A DNA stretch of 64,000 nt from a bacterium (lineage in GTDB: Bacteria; Desulfobacterota; Binatia; DP-6), in contig JAHCID010000002.1 in NCBI GenBank assembly GCA_026129405.1, positions 652,333 through 716,332 on the forward strand, in the 5' to 3' direction. Numbering within the stretch: position 1 is the stretch's first letter; every line of letters starts with the position of its first letter. The position numbers and the translations under genes are program-made. The notes beneath the pieces are model-generated. The model was not told the DNA's origin. It searched no databases and saw nothing but the letters and a program-made list of their open reading frames with translations. Below are positions 9,912-19,376 of this stretch, piece by piece.

Positions 9912-9928
9912 CCGCCGGCTGTCGGCGG
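9912..9928. promoter_or_regulatory. inverted repeat CCGCCG-N5-CGGCGG in the tetR/VOC divergent intergenic region (candidate TetR operator)
   Basis: Read directly; lies ~30 nt upstream of the TetR start. Confidence 0.25.
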
Positions 9929-9956
9929 CGCGTCGCGTCGTGGTAGAGGAGCGGCG

Positions 9957-10664
9957 ATGCCGAAACTGAAACGAAATGAGCGGATCGTTTCGCCTCGTCG
10001 CTCGACTACCCGGCGTCCGCCCGCGCTGTCAACCACGCGCGCCGCCGCGGCCGGCGCGGACGTCGACCGCGTCCCGCGCTCGGCGGCGAAGCGACGCGCC
10101 ATCCTCGAGGCGGCGTGGGAGCTGTTCCCGAGCCGTGGCTTCGGGGGCACCGGGATGCGCGCGCTGGCCGCCGAGGCGGGCGTCTCGACGGCCACGATCT
10201 ACGCCCACTTCTCGACCAAGACCGACCTGATCCGCGCGCTCATCCAGGCCCGCTGGGAGCAGGCGCTGCGCGGCACGATCGAGCGTGCCGCGCAGATCCC
10301 CGACCCGCTCGACCGCCTGCTCACCGGCATCACCCACCTGAACCACGCCATCGCCGCCGACCCCCTGCTGCGCCAGCTGCTGGTGACGCCGCGGCGGATC
10401 GGCGACGCGGAGATCGAGCAGGAGGCCGCGCCCATCGAGGACATGATGGACGCCCGCTGCACCGAGGCGATCCGCACCGCGGTCGCGGCGCGCCGGCTGC
10501 TCTGCCGCGACCCGGAGGCGCTCGCCGTCCTCATCCGGGTGAGCATGCAGGGGTGGCTGCTCACCGAGTCCAAGCGGCGCCGGCCCATGCGCGAGGAGCG
10601 CCTCACGCGCGTCCTCGTCGACCTGATCCGGGGTGCCACGGCGCGGCCGCTGCGAGACGCCTGA
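9957..10664 (+). CDS. TetR/AcrR family transcriptional regulator
   Basis: N-terminal HTH RRAILEAAWELFPSRGFGGTGMRALAAEAGVSTATIYAHFSTKTDLI is a classic TetR_N domain. Divergent from the VOC/monooxygenase pair. Start set at ATG 9957, which leaves an unusually long (~45 aa) N-terminal tail; an internal GTG is possible. The ORF-track start at 9138 is spurious. Confidence 0.75.
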   Translation: MPKLKRNERIVSPRRSTTRRPPALSTTRAAAAGADVDRVPRSAAKRRAILEAAWELFPSRGFGGTGMRALAAEAGVSTATIYAHFSTKTDLIRALIQARWEQALRGTIERAAQIPDPLDRLLTGITHLNHAIAADPLLRQLLVTPRRIGDAEIEQEAAPIEDMMDARCTEAIRTAVAARRLLCRDPEALAVLIRVSMQGWLLTESKRRRPMREERLTRVLVDLIRGATARPLRDA

Positions 10665-10772
10665 CGTCGCCGCTGCCTACTGCGGCGGCAGGCGCCCACC
10701 GATCGAGCGGCAGCGGGGAATCGGGCCGTCGATTTTCCCAACGGAGACCGTGCCCCGGGGACCCATACGGGT

Positions 10773-10788
10773 CGGCATGGCCTTTGCG
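10773..10788 (+). promoter_or_regulatory. candidate sigma-54 (-24/-12) promoter for glnN: cGGCATG-N4-TTGCg
   Basis: Matches TGGCACG-N4-TTGCW at 10 of 12 positions, with the invariant GG (10774-75) and GC (10786-87) correctly spaced. Lies ~72 nt upstream of the glnN GTG; GS genes are classic NtrC/sigma-54 targets. Confidence 0.4.
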
Positions 10789-10859
10789 TCGCACGGGGCT
10801 TCCCGGCGCTGCGCCGGCAGCCGCGGCACGACCGCCGCGGGACGTAGGAAGGAGCCATC

Positions 10860-13043
10860 GTGAGCGGGACCGCCGAACGCCTCCAGGCCATCGAGGCCGT
10901 GACCAAGTACAAGCCGATCTCGGAGCCCCTGTCGTTCTCGAAGATCACGGCGAGCGAGCTCTTCGGGTCGAACGTCTTCAGCCGGGCCGTGATGAAGCAG
11001 CGCCTGCCGAAGCCGGTGTTCCAGTCGCTGTGTCGCACCATCGACGAGGGCTCGATCCTCGATCCGACCGTCGCCGACATGGTCGCCTCGGCCATGAAGG
11101 ACTGGGCGATCGAGAAGGGGGCGACCCACTACGCCCACGTCTTCTACCCCCTCACCGGCCTCACGGCGGAGAAGCACGACAGCTTCCTCTCCCCCGACGG
11201 CCAGGGCGGCGCCCTCGCCGAGTTCCAGGGCAAGACGCTGATCCAGGGCGAGCCCGACGCGTCGAGCTTCCCGAACGGCGGCATCCGCGCGACCTTCGAG
11301 GCCCGCGGCTACACCGCCTGGGACGTCACCAGCCCGGCCTACATCCTCGAGAACCCGAACGGCACCACGCTCTGCATCCCGACCGCGTTCGTGTCCTGGA
11401 CCGGCGAGGCGCTCGACAAGAAGACGCCGCTCCTGCGCTCGATGCAGGCGCTCAACAAGCAGGCGCAGCGCGTGCTGAAGCTCTTCGGGCACGCCAAGCC
11501 GGCGACCGTGTTCTCGTACGCGGGCGCCGAGCAGGAGTACTTCCTCGTCGACCGCCACTTCTACTTCTCGCGTCCCGACCTGGTCTCGACCGGCCGCACG
11601 CTGTTCGGCGCGCCGCCGCCGAAGGGCCAGGAGTTCGAGGACCAGTACTTCGGCGCCATCCCCGAGCGCGTCCTCGCCTTCATGCTCGAGTGCGAGCACG
11701 AGCTCTACAAGCTCGGCATCCCGGTGAAGACGCGCCACAACGAGGTGGCGCCCGGGCAGTACGAGGTGGCGCCGGTGTTCGAGAGCGCGAACCTCGCGAC
11801 CGACCACCAGCAGCTCCTCATGGTGACGCTGCGCCGCGTGGCCGAGAAGTACGGCATGGCGTGCCTGCTGCACGAGAAGCCGTTCGCCGGCGTCAACGGC
11901 TCGGGCAAGCACGTCAACTTCTCGCTCGGCAACGCGACCCAGGGGAACCTGCTCGATCCCGGCGAGACGCCGCACGAGAACTCGCAGTTCCTCGTCTTCT
12001 GCGCCGCCGTCATCCGCGCCGTCGACAAGTACTCGCCGCTGCTGCGCGCGGTGGTGGCGTCGGCCGCGAACGACCACCGCCTCGGCGCCAACGAGGCGCC
12101 GCCCGCGATCATCTCGATCTTCCTCGGCGACCAGCTGACGGACGTCTTCGAGCAGATCGCCGCCGGCGGCGCGAAGACGTCGAAGGGCAAGGGCACGCTG
12201 ACGGTCGGCGTCGACACGCTGCCGCCGCTGCCGAAGGACCCCGGCGACCGCAACCGCACCAGCCCGTTCGCGTTCTGCGGCAACCGCTTCGAGTTCCGCG
12301 CCGTCGGCGCGGGCCAGTCGATCGCCGGCCCGATGGTCGCGATCAACACGATCCTCGCCGAGTCCCTCGACTGGATCGCCGACCAGCTCGAGGCGGCCGC
12401 CGGCAAGGGCAAGGACGCGTTCAACGCCGCCGTGCAGTCGCTGCTCGAGACCATCATCAAGGAGCACGGCCGCGTCATCTTCAACGGCGACGGCTACTCC
12501 GCCGCCTGGCACGAGGAGGCCGAGCAGCGCGGCCTACCGAACCTCCGTACGACGATCGACGCGCTGCCGATCCTCGGCACGAAGGAGATCGAGGACGTCT
12601 TCGAGAAGTACGGCGTGCTCACCAAGCGCGAGCTCGAGAGCCGCGAGGAGGTCTACCTCGAGCAGTACATCAAGAGCGTCAACGTCGAGGGCCGCACGGC
12701 GATCGAGATGGCGAAGACGATCGTCTTCCCCGCCGCGATCCGCTACCAGGGCGAGCTGGCGCAGACGTGCGCCAACCTGAAGGCGGTCGGCTACACCTTC
12801 GACACCAAGACGCTCGACAAGGTGACGGCCATGGTGAAGGACCTCCAGGACGGCATCGCCACCCTGGAGGAGGCGATGGATTCGAACGGCTTCAAGTCGA
12901 CGCTCGACCACGCCAAGCATTGCTGCAGCAAGGTGCTCCCGGCGATGCTCGATCTGCGCAAGTCGGCCGACGAGCTCGAAGGCACGGTCGCGGACGACCT
13001 CTGGCCGCTCGCGACGTACCAGGAGATGCTCTTCATCAAGTGA
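10860..13043 (+). CDS. glnN: glutamine synthetase type III
   Basis: 727 aa, the size of GSIII; GS catalytic motifs ([29 protein letters not shown]…) are present. GTG start 10860 preceded by AGGAAGGAG. The 998-aa ORF 10115..13111 in another frame is Arg/Pro-rich and spurious. Confidence 0.9.
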   Translation: MSGTAERLQAIEAVTKYKPISEPLSFSKITASELFGSNVFSRAVMKQRLPKPVFQSLCRTIDEGSILDPTVADMVASAMKDWAIEKGATHYAHVFYPLTGLTAEKHDSFLSPDGQGGALAEFQGKTLIQGEPDASSFPNGGIRATFEARGYTAWDVTSPAYILENPNGTTLCIPTAFVSWTGEALDKKTPLLRSMQALNKQAQRVLKLFGHAKPATVFSYAGAEQEYFLVDRHFYFSRPDLVSTGRTLFGAPPPKGQEFEDQYFGAIPERVLAFMLECEHELYKLGIPVKTRHNEVAPGQYEVAPVFESANLATDHQQLLMVTLRRVAEKYGMACLLHEKPFAGVNGSGKHVNFSLGNATQGNLLDPGETPHENSQFLVFCAAVIRAVDKYSPLLRAVVASAANDHRLGANEAPPAIISIFLGDQLTDVFEQIAAGGAKTSKGKGTLTVGVDTLPPLPKDPGDRNRTSPFAFCGNRFEFRAVGAGQSIAGPMVAINTILAESLDWIADQLEAAAGKGKDAFNAAVQSLLETIIKEHGRVIFNGDGYSAAWHEEAEQRGLPNLRTTIDALPILGTKEIEDVFEKYGVLTKRELESREEVYLEQYIKSVNVEGRTAIEMAKTIVFPAAIRYQGELAQTCANLKAVGYTFDTKTLDKVTAMVKDLQDGIATLEEAMDSNGFKSTLDHAKHCCSKVLPAMLDLRKSADELEGTVADDLWPLATYQEMLFIK

Positions 13044-13052
13044 GGCGCGTGC

Positions 13053-13076
13053 GGGCGGCGGCTGCCTCCGCCGCCC
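13053..13076. terminator. GC-rich hairpin (9-bp stem GGGCGGCGG/CCGCCGCCC, 6-nt loop) between the convergent glnN and fdhD remnant; no U-tract
   Basis: Read directly 10 nt after the glnN stop (TGA 13041-13043). Could act as a bidirectional terminator. Confidence 0.35.
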
Positions 13077-13083
13077 CGCACCC

Positions 13084-13737
13084 TCAGATCACGCGCTCGG
13101 CACCGCCGTAGATGATGTTGAAGCGGCCGTCGCGGACGAAGCCGATCAGCGTCATGCCGGCCGCCGCGGCGAGCTCCGCCGCCAGGCTCGACGGCGCCCC
13201 GACCGCCGCCTTCTGCACCGGCTCGTAGCCGGCGCGTCCGCTCACGAGGAGGATGTGGCGCGCGAGCGGCGTGGCGCGCGCCAGCACCCGCGCGCCGATC
13301 ACCTTGTCGACGGCGTTGTGGCGGCCGATGTCCTCGTGGACGTCCAGCATGCGGCCGGCGGCGTCGAACAGCGCCGCCGCGTGCAGCCCGCCGGTGCGGT
13401 CGAAGACGGACTGGGCTCGGCGCAGCGTCTCGGGCAGGCCGTGGATCAGGGCGGCGTCGACGGCGAGCCGCCCGGCGCGCGCCGGCCGGGGCAGGACGGG
13501 GAGCGCCGCGAGCGACGTCTTGCCGCACAGCCCGCAGCCGGCGGTGCTGGCGAAGCTGCGCGCCAGCCGCTGCTCGTCCACGTCCACGCCGGGGGCCAGC
13601 TCGACGCGGACGACGTTGCGCAGACCGTCCGGGCTGCGCGCCGGGCCGCAGGGAGCCGCATGCACGACGTCGTCGGCGTGGCGGACGATCCCCTCGGCGA
13701 AGAGGAAGCCGACGGCGAGCGCGACGTCGGCGCCCGG
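13084..13737 (-). pseudogene. fdhD: fdhD (formate dehydrogenase accessory sulfurtransferase) lacking its N-terminal ~50-60 aa
   Basis: Contains the FdhD motifs …LAVGFLFAEGIV…, the Cys loop TAGCGLCGKTS and …HEDIGRHNAVDKVIG…. The reading frame stays open upstream of the annotated M (13665) to ~13737, where it abuts an oppositely oriented formate-dehydrogenase fragment; no start codon with an FdhD-like N-terminus. Confidence 0.7.
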
Positions 13738-13739
13738 GG

Positions 13740-14045
13740 GACCTGTTCCTCCCCGTGCGCATCAACGGCGACGTCGCGCTCCTGAAGGGCATCCTGAAGG
13801 CGCTGGTCGAGGCCGAGGATCGCACCCCGGGATCGGCGATCGCGTGGGACTGGGTCCGCGCCCACACGCTCGGCATCGAGGCGCTGCTGGCCGACGTGCG
13901 CGCCGTGCCGTGGGAGGCCGTCGAGCGCGGCTCCGGGATCGGGCGGAACGAGATCCGGGGCGTCGCCGAGCTGGTCCGCACCCGCGAGCGCATCATCATC
14001 GCGTGGTGTCTCGGCCTCACCCAGCACGAGAACGGCCCCGGCGAC
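13740..14045 (+). pseudogene. internal fragment (~100 aa) of a molybdopterin oxidoreductase / FdhF-YdeP-like formate dehydrogenase alpha subunit
   Basis: DLFLPVRINGDVALLKGILKALVEAE… and …ERIIIAWCLGLTQHENG are the MopB-family P(I/V)RPGTD…ALL and MG(L/I)TQH.NG signatures. No start and no N-terminal Fe-S domain; the frame degenerates into Arg-rich junk after HENG (~14045). Confidence 0.6.
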
Positions 14046-14156
14046 CGCCGATCGGGCGCACGGAGGCGCTCAGCGACATCCCGGCGTACAAGAGCATCGT
14101 GGTGAGCGTGCGGCCGGCCGCGGCGTGAGGGGCAGGGCGCGCGCCGGGACGCGTCG

Positions 14157-14930
14157 TCAGATGCGTACGTTGGGCGTCGTGAAGGTGCCGCGCTGGGCCG
14201 CTTTCGCGGCCTTCGCCGGATCATGCTCCCAGTGCCACGGCTCCTTGCTCACCGTGCGTACGAAGCCGTGCGCCGTGGCGTGCCGAGCGAGCCAGTCGTA
14301 GGTCGGGTTGCCGGCCCCGCCGGCGACCGCGATGTCGAATGCGATCCCGTTCTGATGGTTCGAGCTTCCCGGCTCTGCGGCGCGGGGGAAGCGGCTCGGA
14401 TCGCGGGTGTAGTCCTCGTGCAGTCGCTTCTGCTCGGCATACGACCGGAAGCCGCTGTTGAGCGTGATCGCCACGCCGTCGGCCGCCGCAGCGGCGCAGA
14501 GCGCTTGGTAGGCACCGAGTGTGTCGAGAGCGACGTGCTCGATCTCGAGGCGCGCATCGACGATCCGTACGAGCGTCCTCTGGCCGATGAAGGTCCCGCC
14601 CTGCCAGGCGGCGTTCGGACCGTAGCGACCCGTCCCTGCCGGCGGTGGGACCTCGCCCAGCGTCTCGTTGACGAAGCGGCCGGCCAGATTGCGCGTCGAC
14701 GTCCATCCGAGGGCCGCACGGTTCGTGCCGACGGCATGGCCGAAGACGATGCGATCCCTGGTCGACACCGGCACGATCGCGATCTCGGCGATGTGGACGC
14801 GCGTTCCCCGCGGGATGCGGCGGAAGTCGGGCCCCTCACGCACGAATTCCAACAGGGAGCCCGGCACGCGAAGGCGGGCATCCGGGTCGTCGACCGTGAA
14901 GGTGCGGGTCGCGAAGCTCTCGCTCTGCAT
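14157..14930 (-). CDS. peptidase M15 (VanY / D-Ala-D-Ala carboxypeptidase-like LAS metallopeptidase)
   Basis: SGFRSYAEQ…, HQNGIAFD… and …WHWE zinc-ligand motifs; AGGAG SD 5 nt upstream of ATG 14930-14928. Confidence 0.8.
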   Translation of the reverse strand: MQSESFATRTFTVDDPDARLRVPGSLLEFVREGPDFRRIPRGTRVHIAEIAIVPVSTRDRIVFGHAVGTNRAALGWTSTRNLAGRFVNETLGEVPPPAGTGRYGPNAAWQGGTFIGQRTLVRIVDARLEIEHVALDTLGAYQALCAAAAADGVAITLNSGFRSYAEQKRLHEDYTRDPSRFPRAAEPGSSNHQNGIAFDIAVAGGAGNPTYDWLARHATAHGFVRTVSKEPWHWEHDPAKAAKAAQRGTFTTPNVRI

Positions 14931-14964
14931 GTGGTCTCCTGGGGAGTGTCGAGCAGGACGCCGA

Positions 14965-15447
14965 TCACGGACCGGCGAACGGGTAGGGCCAGCCGTAGCC
15001 CCAGCGGAAGGCCGTCGGCATCAGCTGCCCGCCGCCGAGCAGCACGCCGACGCGCATGACCGACGACAGGACCGGGTCGTGCGTGTCCCGACGGACGCAA
15101 TCCTGGAGGGCGGCGTCGGCGACCATGCGCTCCGAGTGGGTTCCGCCGCACCAGTAGGCGATGTCGTGCTCGACGCAGCAGCCCGCCCAGGTGCCGTCCG
15201 GCCAGAAGGAGCAGCCGTCCGTGGTGAAGCTGTACGGCGGCCGTGCGCCCGACCGGCGCGTCCGGCATTCGGCCGCCGCCCGGTCTTCGAGGGCATGCGC
15301 CGCCGACGGGGTGTCGGCGTACGGCTGGATCGTGTGGCCCGGGTGCAGCGCGCATCCCACCAGCGGCACGAGGCAGCCGAGCAGCATGGTGGCCAATCCG
15401 CGCCGCGAGTCGTGCGCCGCGAGGGTGGGGGGCCGCGCGTGGGGCAT
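14965..15447 (-). CDS. lipoprotein with a prokaryotic phospholipase A2-like domain
   Basis: …TDGCSFWPDG…GCCVEHDIAYWCGG… parallels the Streptomyces secreted PLA2 pattern D-x-C-[TS]-x-x-P-D…C-x-x-H-D-x-x-Y (His-Asp catalytic dyad). Lipobox PLVGC. Start ambiguous between ATG 15447-15445 (MPHARPP…, gives an RR n-region) and ATG 15386-15384 (MLLGC…). Confidence 0.5.
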   Translation of the reverse strand: MPHARPPTLAAHDSRRGLATMLLGCLVPLVGCALHPGHTIQPYADTPSAAHALEDRAAAECRTRRSGARPPYSFTTDGCSFWPDGTWAGCCVEHDIAYWCGGTHSERMVADAALQDCVRRDTHDPVLSSVMRVGVLLGGGQLMPTAFRWGYGWPYPFAGP

Positions 15448-15535
15448 GGGCGTCGTGGGTAACGCAAGCAACGTGAAGACGTCAAGAGCTATCATGCTTG
15501 AACGGCAGCGCCCTCCTGCCCGCGGCGGCCCCTCG

Positions 15536-17077
15536 TCACGGCACGCCGGCCACCGGCTGCATCTCCACGTCGCACACGCCTCCGACGCGCGCCGTCTCGA
15601 GCGTCGGCGGGCGGTTGCAGGTCTCGCCGCGAGCGCGGATGCGGCAGGTGAGGGCGACGGCACGGCCGGCGTCGAGCCAGCTCGGCACCTTGCGGTGGCG
15701 GCCGATACGCTCGAAGCGGCAGCCGGCCGGCGTACCGTACGGGCGGCAGCCGGCCGGCTTCGCGAGGGACACCTTGCGTCCGTCCACGACGAAGCCGGGG
15801 TAGCGGTCGACGACCTCGACGGCGTCGCCCGTGGGGCCGGCCGTCACCAGGGCCTCGCGGAAGAGGTAGCCGCCGTCGCGCGCCGTGCCGACCTCGATCC
15901 GGGTGCCGGCGATCAGGACGAAGTCGTCGCCGCGGCGGGCGACCGCGCCGCTCATGAACTCGACGCGCGGATGGTCGGGGAAGCACTTCCCCATCGCCGG
16001 CGGGTGGTAGTAGTGGCGCATCGCCGTGCGGGCGCCGGTCGAGTCCGGGAAGACCGCGGCGAGGTCGTCGGCGTCGCCGTACAGGATGCGCTCGACGTCG
16101 CCGACGTTCTGGGCGTACATCGCGCGCAGCTTCAGGTAGTCCGGGTGGCCGACGAGGTCGGGGCGCAGGAAGCAGGACGTGAGCCCCGAGGTCTGGGTCA
16201 GGAGCTCGTCCCAGATGTTGTACTGCGACACCGCCGACGCCACGCCCTCGAAGTCGCCGACGGCGCGGCAGCCCTGCGACGGCGTGCAGCCCTCGCGCCC
16301 GCGGTTGCGGATCGACAGCGCGATGACGTTGCGCTCGCAGGCTCCGTAGGCGGTGCAGCCGCGGTCGAGATGCCCCTCGTAGAGGGCGGTGCGCATGACG
16401 TAGTCGAGGTTCCGCGCCCGCGCGATCTCGGCCGCAGGCCAGCGGCCCGCGTTGGCGCGGCCGAAGGCGTCCCAGGCCCGCGCGAGCGCCGCCCGGCGTC
16501 CCATGAGGCGATCGTGCGCCTCGGCGCACTGGGACGAGGCGTGGAAGGCGCGCACGACGGCGTCGAGGCCGGTTCCGCCGGCAGGCTCGGCGCGGCCGGC
16601 GGCGGGCGGATCGAACGAGGGCGGCTTCTCGATCACCGCGAGGCGCCGCACGTCGAGCACCCGGCTCACGCCCGGCGGGCAGTGGTGGTTCGCGACCCGC
16701 ATCGTCTTGCGCTGCGCGACGGTCGCCTTGAAGCGGGCCGTGTCGGCGCGCTCCGCGCGCCGCGCGTCCACCACGATCTCGAAGCCGACCCAGGGCGTGC
16801 CGCCGGCGTCGACCAGAGGCCGGCCGTCGCGCACGACGAGGCAGGGGACGACCGACGTGCCCTGGGCCAGCGTGCCCGCGGGCGTCGTCGCGCCGCTGCG
16901 GGCGACCGCGTCCGCGCCGTAGTACGGCACGTCGAGCGGCCCGTTGAAGCGGTAGACCGTCATGACCGGCGCGGCGGGGACGTCGGCGCGCGCGGGCACG
17001 CCGCCGGCGGCGACGAGGATCAGCAGCGGCAGCAGCCGGCGCACGGCGGCCGCGAGGGACCGGGGCGAGCGATGCAT
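15536..17077 (-). CDS. secreted hypothetical protein (513 aa, Cys-rich)
   Basis: Signal peptide MHRSPRSLAAAVRRLLPLLILVAAGGVPARA; protein-like composition; the overlapping + strand ORF 15161..18295 is junk in this region. Confidence 0.5.
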   Translation of the reverse strand: MHRSPRSLAAAVRRLLPLLILVAAGGVPARADVPAAPVMTVYRFNGPLDVPYYGADAVARSGATTPAGTLAQGTSVVPCLVVRDGRPLVDAGGTPWVGFEIVVDARRAERADTARFKATVAQRKTMRVANHHCPPGVSRVLDVRRLAVIEKPPSFDPPAAGRAEPAGGTGLDAVVRAFHASSQCAEAHDRLMGRRAALARAWDAFGRANAGRWPAAEIARARNLDYVMRTALYEGHLDRGCTAYGACERNVIALSIRNRGREGCTPSQGCRAVGDFEGVASAVSQYNIWDELLTQTSGLTSCFLRPDLVGHPDYLKLRAMYAQNVGDVERILYGDADDLAAVFPDSTGARTAMRHYYHPPAMGKCFPDHPRVEFMSGAVARRGDDFVLIAGTRIEVGTARDGGYLFREALVTAGPTGDAVEVVDRYPGFVVDGRKVSLAKPAGCRPYGTPAGCRFERIGRHRKVPSWLDAGRAVALTCRIRARGETCNRPPTLETARVGGVCDVEMQPVAGVP

Positions 17078-17194
17078 CGGGACAGGCTAAGCCTGCTGCA
17101 CGCCGCGGCCGCAAACGGGTGCGACGTCGCCATGCTTGGCGACCCCGGGTGGACTCATCCCCGGCGGCCGATACATTGCCTCGCGGTCGATACG

Positions 17195-18295
17195 ATGGGA
17201 GTCCACACCGACAAGCCCGGAGTGCTCGACGCCGGCGCCGCGCGGCTGCTGGCGCGCTTCACCGAGCAGATCGCCATCCGACGACTCGCCCGCGGGCTCG
17301 CCGGCGAGCTGCTGCTCGCCGACCACCACGGCGACATCGTCGATCCCGACCTCGACCCGCGGGTCTTCACCGCGATGCCGCCCGACCTCGCGCCCGAGCG
17401 CTACGCGTTCGCGACGCTGCTCATGGGCGGCGAGTCGTATCTCCCCGGGTGCCTCGTCGTCGGCGCCGCGCTGCGGTGGCACCTCCGCACGCCGGCGACG
17501 CTCGTCTGCCTGGTCGACGACAGCGTGCCCGCCGAGGCCCGCGACGCGCTCGCACGGGTCTACGACCGCGTCGCGCTGGTGCCGCGCCTGCGGGCGCACG
17601 ACAGCTCGTATCCCCCCGAGCTCCTCTCCGACGCCTACCGCGACATGTACACGAAGCTCCACCTCTTCGACGCGGAGCTCTTCCCGTACGCGCGCGTCTG
17701 CTTCGTCGACGCCGACCTCCTGCCGCTGCGCTGCTTCGATCACCTCTTCACCCTCGACGTTCCGGCGGCGGTCATCGAGAGCGTCGATGCGACCAGCCAG
17801 TACGCCTACATCCACCACATGCACGGCGTGCGGCACGGCGCGCCCGTCCCGCCCGCCATCCTCGAGCCGACCTCCGCCGACGACGTGACGGGCGGCATCA
17901 ACAGCGGGCTGCTCGTGCTGGCGCCGGATCGCGCCCGCTTCGAGGACATGGTGGCGCGCATCCGGCGTCCGATGCCCGAGTGGGGCGAGCATCACCGCGA
18001 GCTCTACGCGCGCGGCATCCGCTACGGCTTTCCCGATCAGCACTTCCTCCAGGTCGAGTTCCAGCAGGCGTGGACGGCGATCGATCCGCGCTTCAACTCG
18101 ATGCGGACCGACATCCCGCACAGCTTCGGCGTGCACTGGACGATCGGCCGCAAGCCGTGGCTCAACCTCGCCAACCCGGCGCGCAGCACGAGCCTGGTGC
18201 TCTGGTCGATGGCGTGGGAGACGCTGCGGCTGCATCACCCGGACCTGTGCGAGTCGGCCGAGCGGCGCGGCCTCGTGCGTGACACGCCGAGGTAG
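17195..18295 (+). CDS. glycosyltransferase family 8 (glycogenin/LgtC-like)
   Basis: YAFATLLMGGESYLPG…, DxD (CFVDADLL) and GGINSGLLVL motifs of GT8. Start ATG 17195; ATG ~17375 is an alternative. Only the C-terminal third of ORF 15161..18295 is real. Confidence 0.7.
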   Translation: MGVHTDKPGVLDAGAARLLARFTEQIAIRRLARGLAGELLLADHHGDIVDPDLDPRVFTAMPPDLAPERYAFATLLMGGESYLPGCLVVGAALRWHLRTPATLVCLVDDSVPAEARDALARVYDRVALVPRLRAHDSSYPPELLSDAYRDMYTKLHLFDAELFPYARVCFVDADLLPLRCFDHLFTLDVPAAVIESVDATSQYAYIHHMHGVRHGAPVPPAILEPTSADDVTGGINSGLLVLAPDRARFEDMVARIRRPMPEWGEHHRELYARGIRYGFPDQHFLQVEFQQAWTAIDPRFNSMRTDIPHSFGVHWTIGRKPWLNLANPARSTSLVLWSMAWETLRLHHPDLCESAERRGLVRDTPR

Positions 18296-19352
18296 CGTGC
18301 GCGGGCGGCCGCCGCGGCGGGCCGGCGTGCGCCGCGTGCTGCGCTTCGGCGCCCTCGTGCTGTCGTGCCTCGTGCGCGCGGCGGCCGCGGCGGCGGACGT
18401 CGAGCAGGCGCTCGCGTTCGTCGGCCTGTCGGCCGACGCCGCGTCGCGCATCCGTGGCGGCGACATCGTCCTCACGGACGTCGCCCCGGCCTCCTCCCAC
18501 GAGCTCGCGATCGGTCTGGCGTTCCTCGTCGAGCGCCCGCTGGCGGACGTGTCGGCGGACTATCGCGCCGCGCTCGACATGCACGTGGACGCGCAGGTGC
18601 GTGCCCTGGCCCGCGTCCACGGGACGCTCGCGGACTTCGCGGGCGTGGCGCTCCCGGCCGACGAGGCGGCGCGCTACCTGGCGGCGCGGCCGGGCGACCA
18701 GCTGAACCTGTCGGCGGACGAGATCGCCGCCTTCCAGGCGGCGGCCGCCGCCGGCGGCAATGCGCACGCGAGGGCGCAACAGGTACTGGCGCAGGTGCTG
18801 TTCGAGCGCTACCGCGCCTACGCGGCGCACGGCCTCGACGCCCTGGCGCCGTACGCCCGCGCGGGCGGCGACGTGCGCCGGCCATCGGAGGAGCTGCGCG
18901 CCGCGCTCGCCGCCGGCGTCCTGCTGCGGCGCTATGCGCCGCCCGTGTGGCAGATGCTCGGGGCGTACCCGCAGGGCAAGCCGGCGAACCTCGACGAGCG
19001 CTTCTACGTCGTGACCTACGAGCTCAACGACCGGCCGAACTATGCGCTGCGCCACCGGCTCGAGGTGCCGTTCGGCGACGGCGGCATCGTCGTCGTCGAC
19101 CGCGATTTCTACGTGAGCCACGGCTACAACACGTCGCAGGCGGTGTCCGGGCTGATCCCCGTGGCGGAGGGCACGATGGTGTTCTACCGCGACCGCGTGT
19201 CGACCGATCAGCTGCGCGGCTTCGGGTCGTCGCTGAAGCAGGCGGTCGGCCGCCGCGTCATGGCGAGCCGGCTCACCGCGATCCTCCAGCGCTCGCGCGC
19301 CTGCTTCCAGGCGGCGACGATGTGTCCGCTGGCGGCCGCGTCGCCGGGGTGA
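18279..19352 (+). CDS. secreted hypothetical protein
   Basis: Signal-peptide-like RRVLRFGALVLSCLVRAAAAAAD, non-repetitive composition; 17-nt overlap with the GT8 3' end. Confidence 0.45.
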   Translation: MTRRGSVRGRPPRRAGVRRVLRFGALVLSCLVRAAAAAADVEQALAFVGLSADAASRIRGGDIVLTDVAPASSHELAIGLAFLVERPLADVSADYRAALDMHVDAQVRALARVHGTLADFAGVALPADEAARYLAARPGDQLNLSADEIAAFQAAAAAGGNAHARAQQVLAQVLFERYRAYAAHGLDALAPYARAGGDVRRPSEELRAALAAGVLLRRYAPPVWQMLGAYPQGKPANLDERFYVVTYELNDRPNYALRHRLEVPFGDGGIVVVDRDFYVSHGYNTSQAVSGLIPVAEGTMVFYRDRVSTDQLRGFGSSLKQAVGRRVMASRLTAILQRSRACFQAATMCPLAAASPG

Positions 19353-19376
19353 CCCGCGCCGGCGCGGCCGCCGTGC

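Noticed and set aside
9957-9990. CTGAAACGAAATGAG at the TetR start resembling the CRISPR repeat 3' end (CTGAAAC)
   Set aside because: Only 7 nt of identity; it is coding sequence (PKLKRNE) with no repeat periodicity.
10115-13111. 998-aa + strand ORF overlapping TetR and glnN, plus 10677..12512 (-)
   Set aside because: Low-complexity Arg/Pro/Gly-rich; the out-of-frame real genes (TetR, GSIII) have clear family motifs.
12791-14224. 477-aa minus ORF, plus 13253..14128 (+) and 13446..14027 (-)
   Set aside because: Overlap the fdhD and FDH remnants in other frames; compositional junk.
15161-18295. 1044-aa + strand ORF
   Set aside because: Only its last ~366 codons (GT8) are real. The 5' two-thirds is antisense to the PLA2-like and secreted-protein genes.
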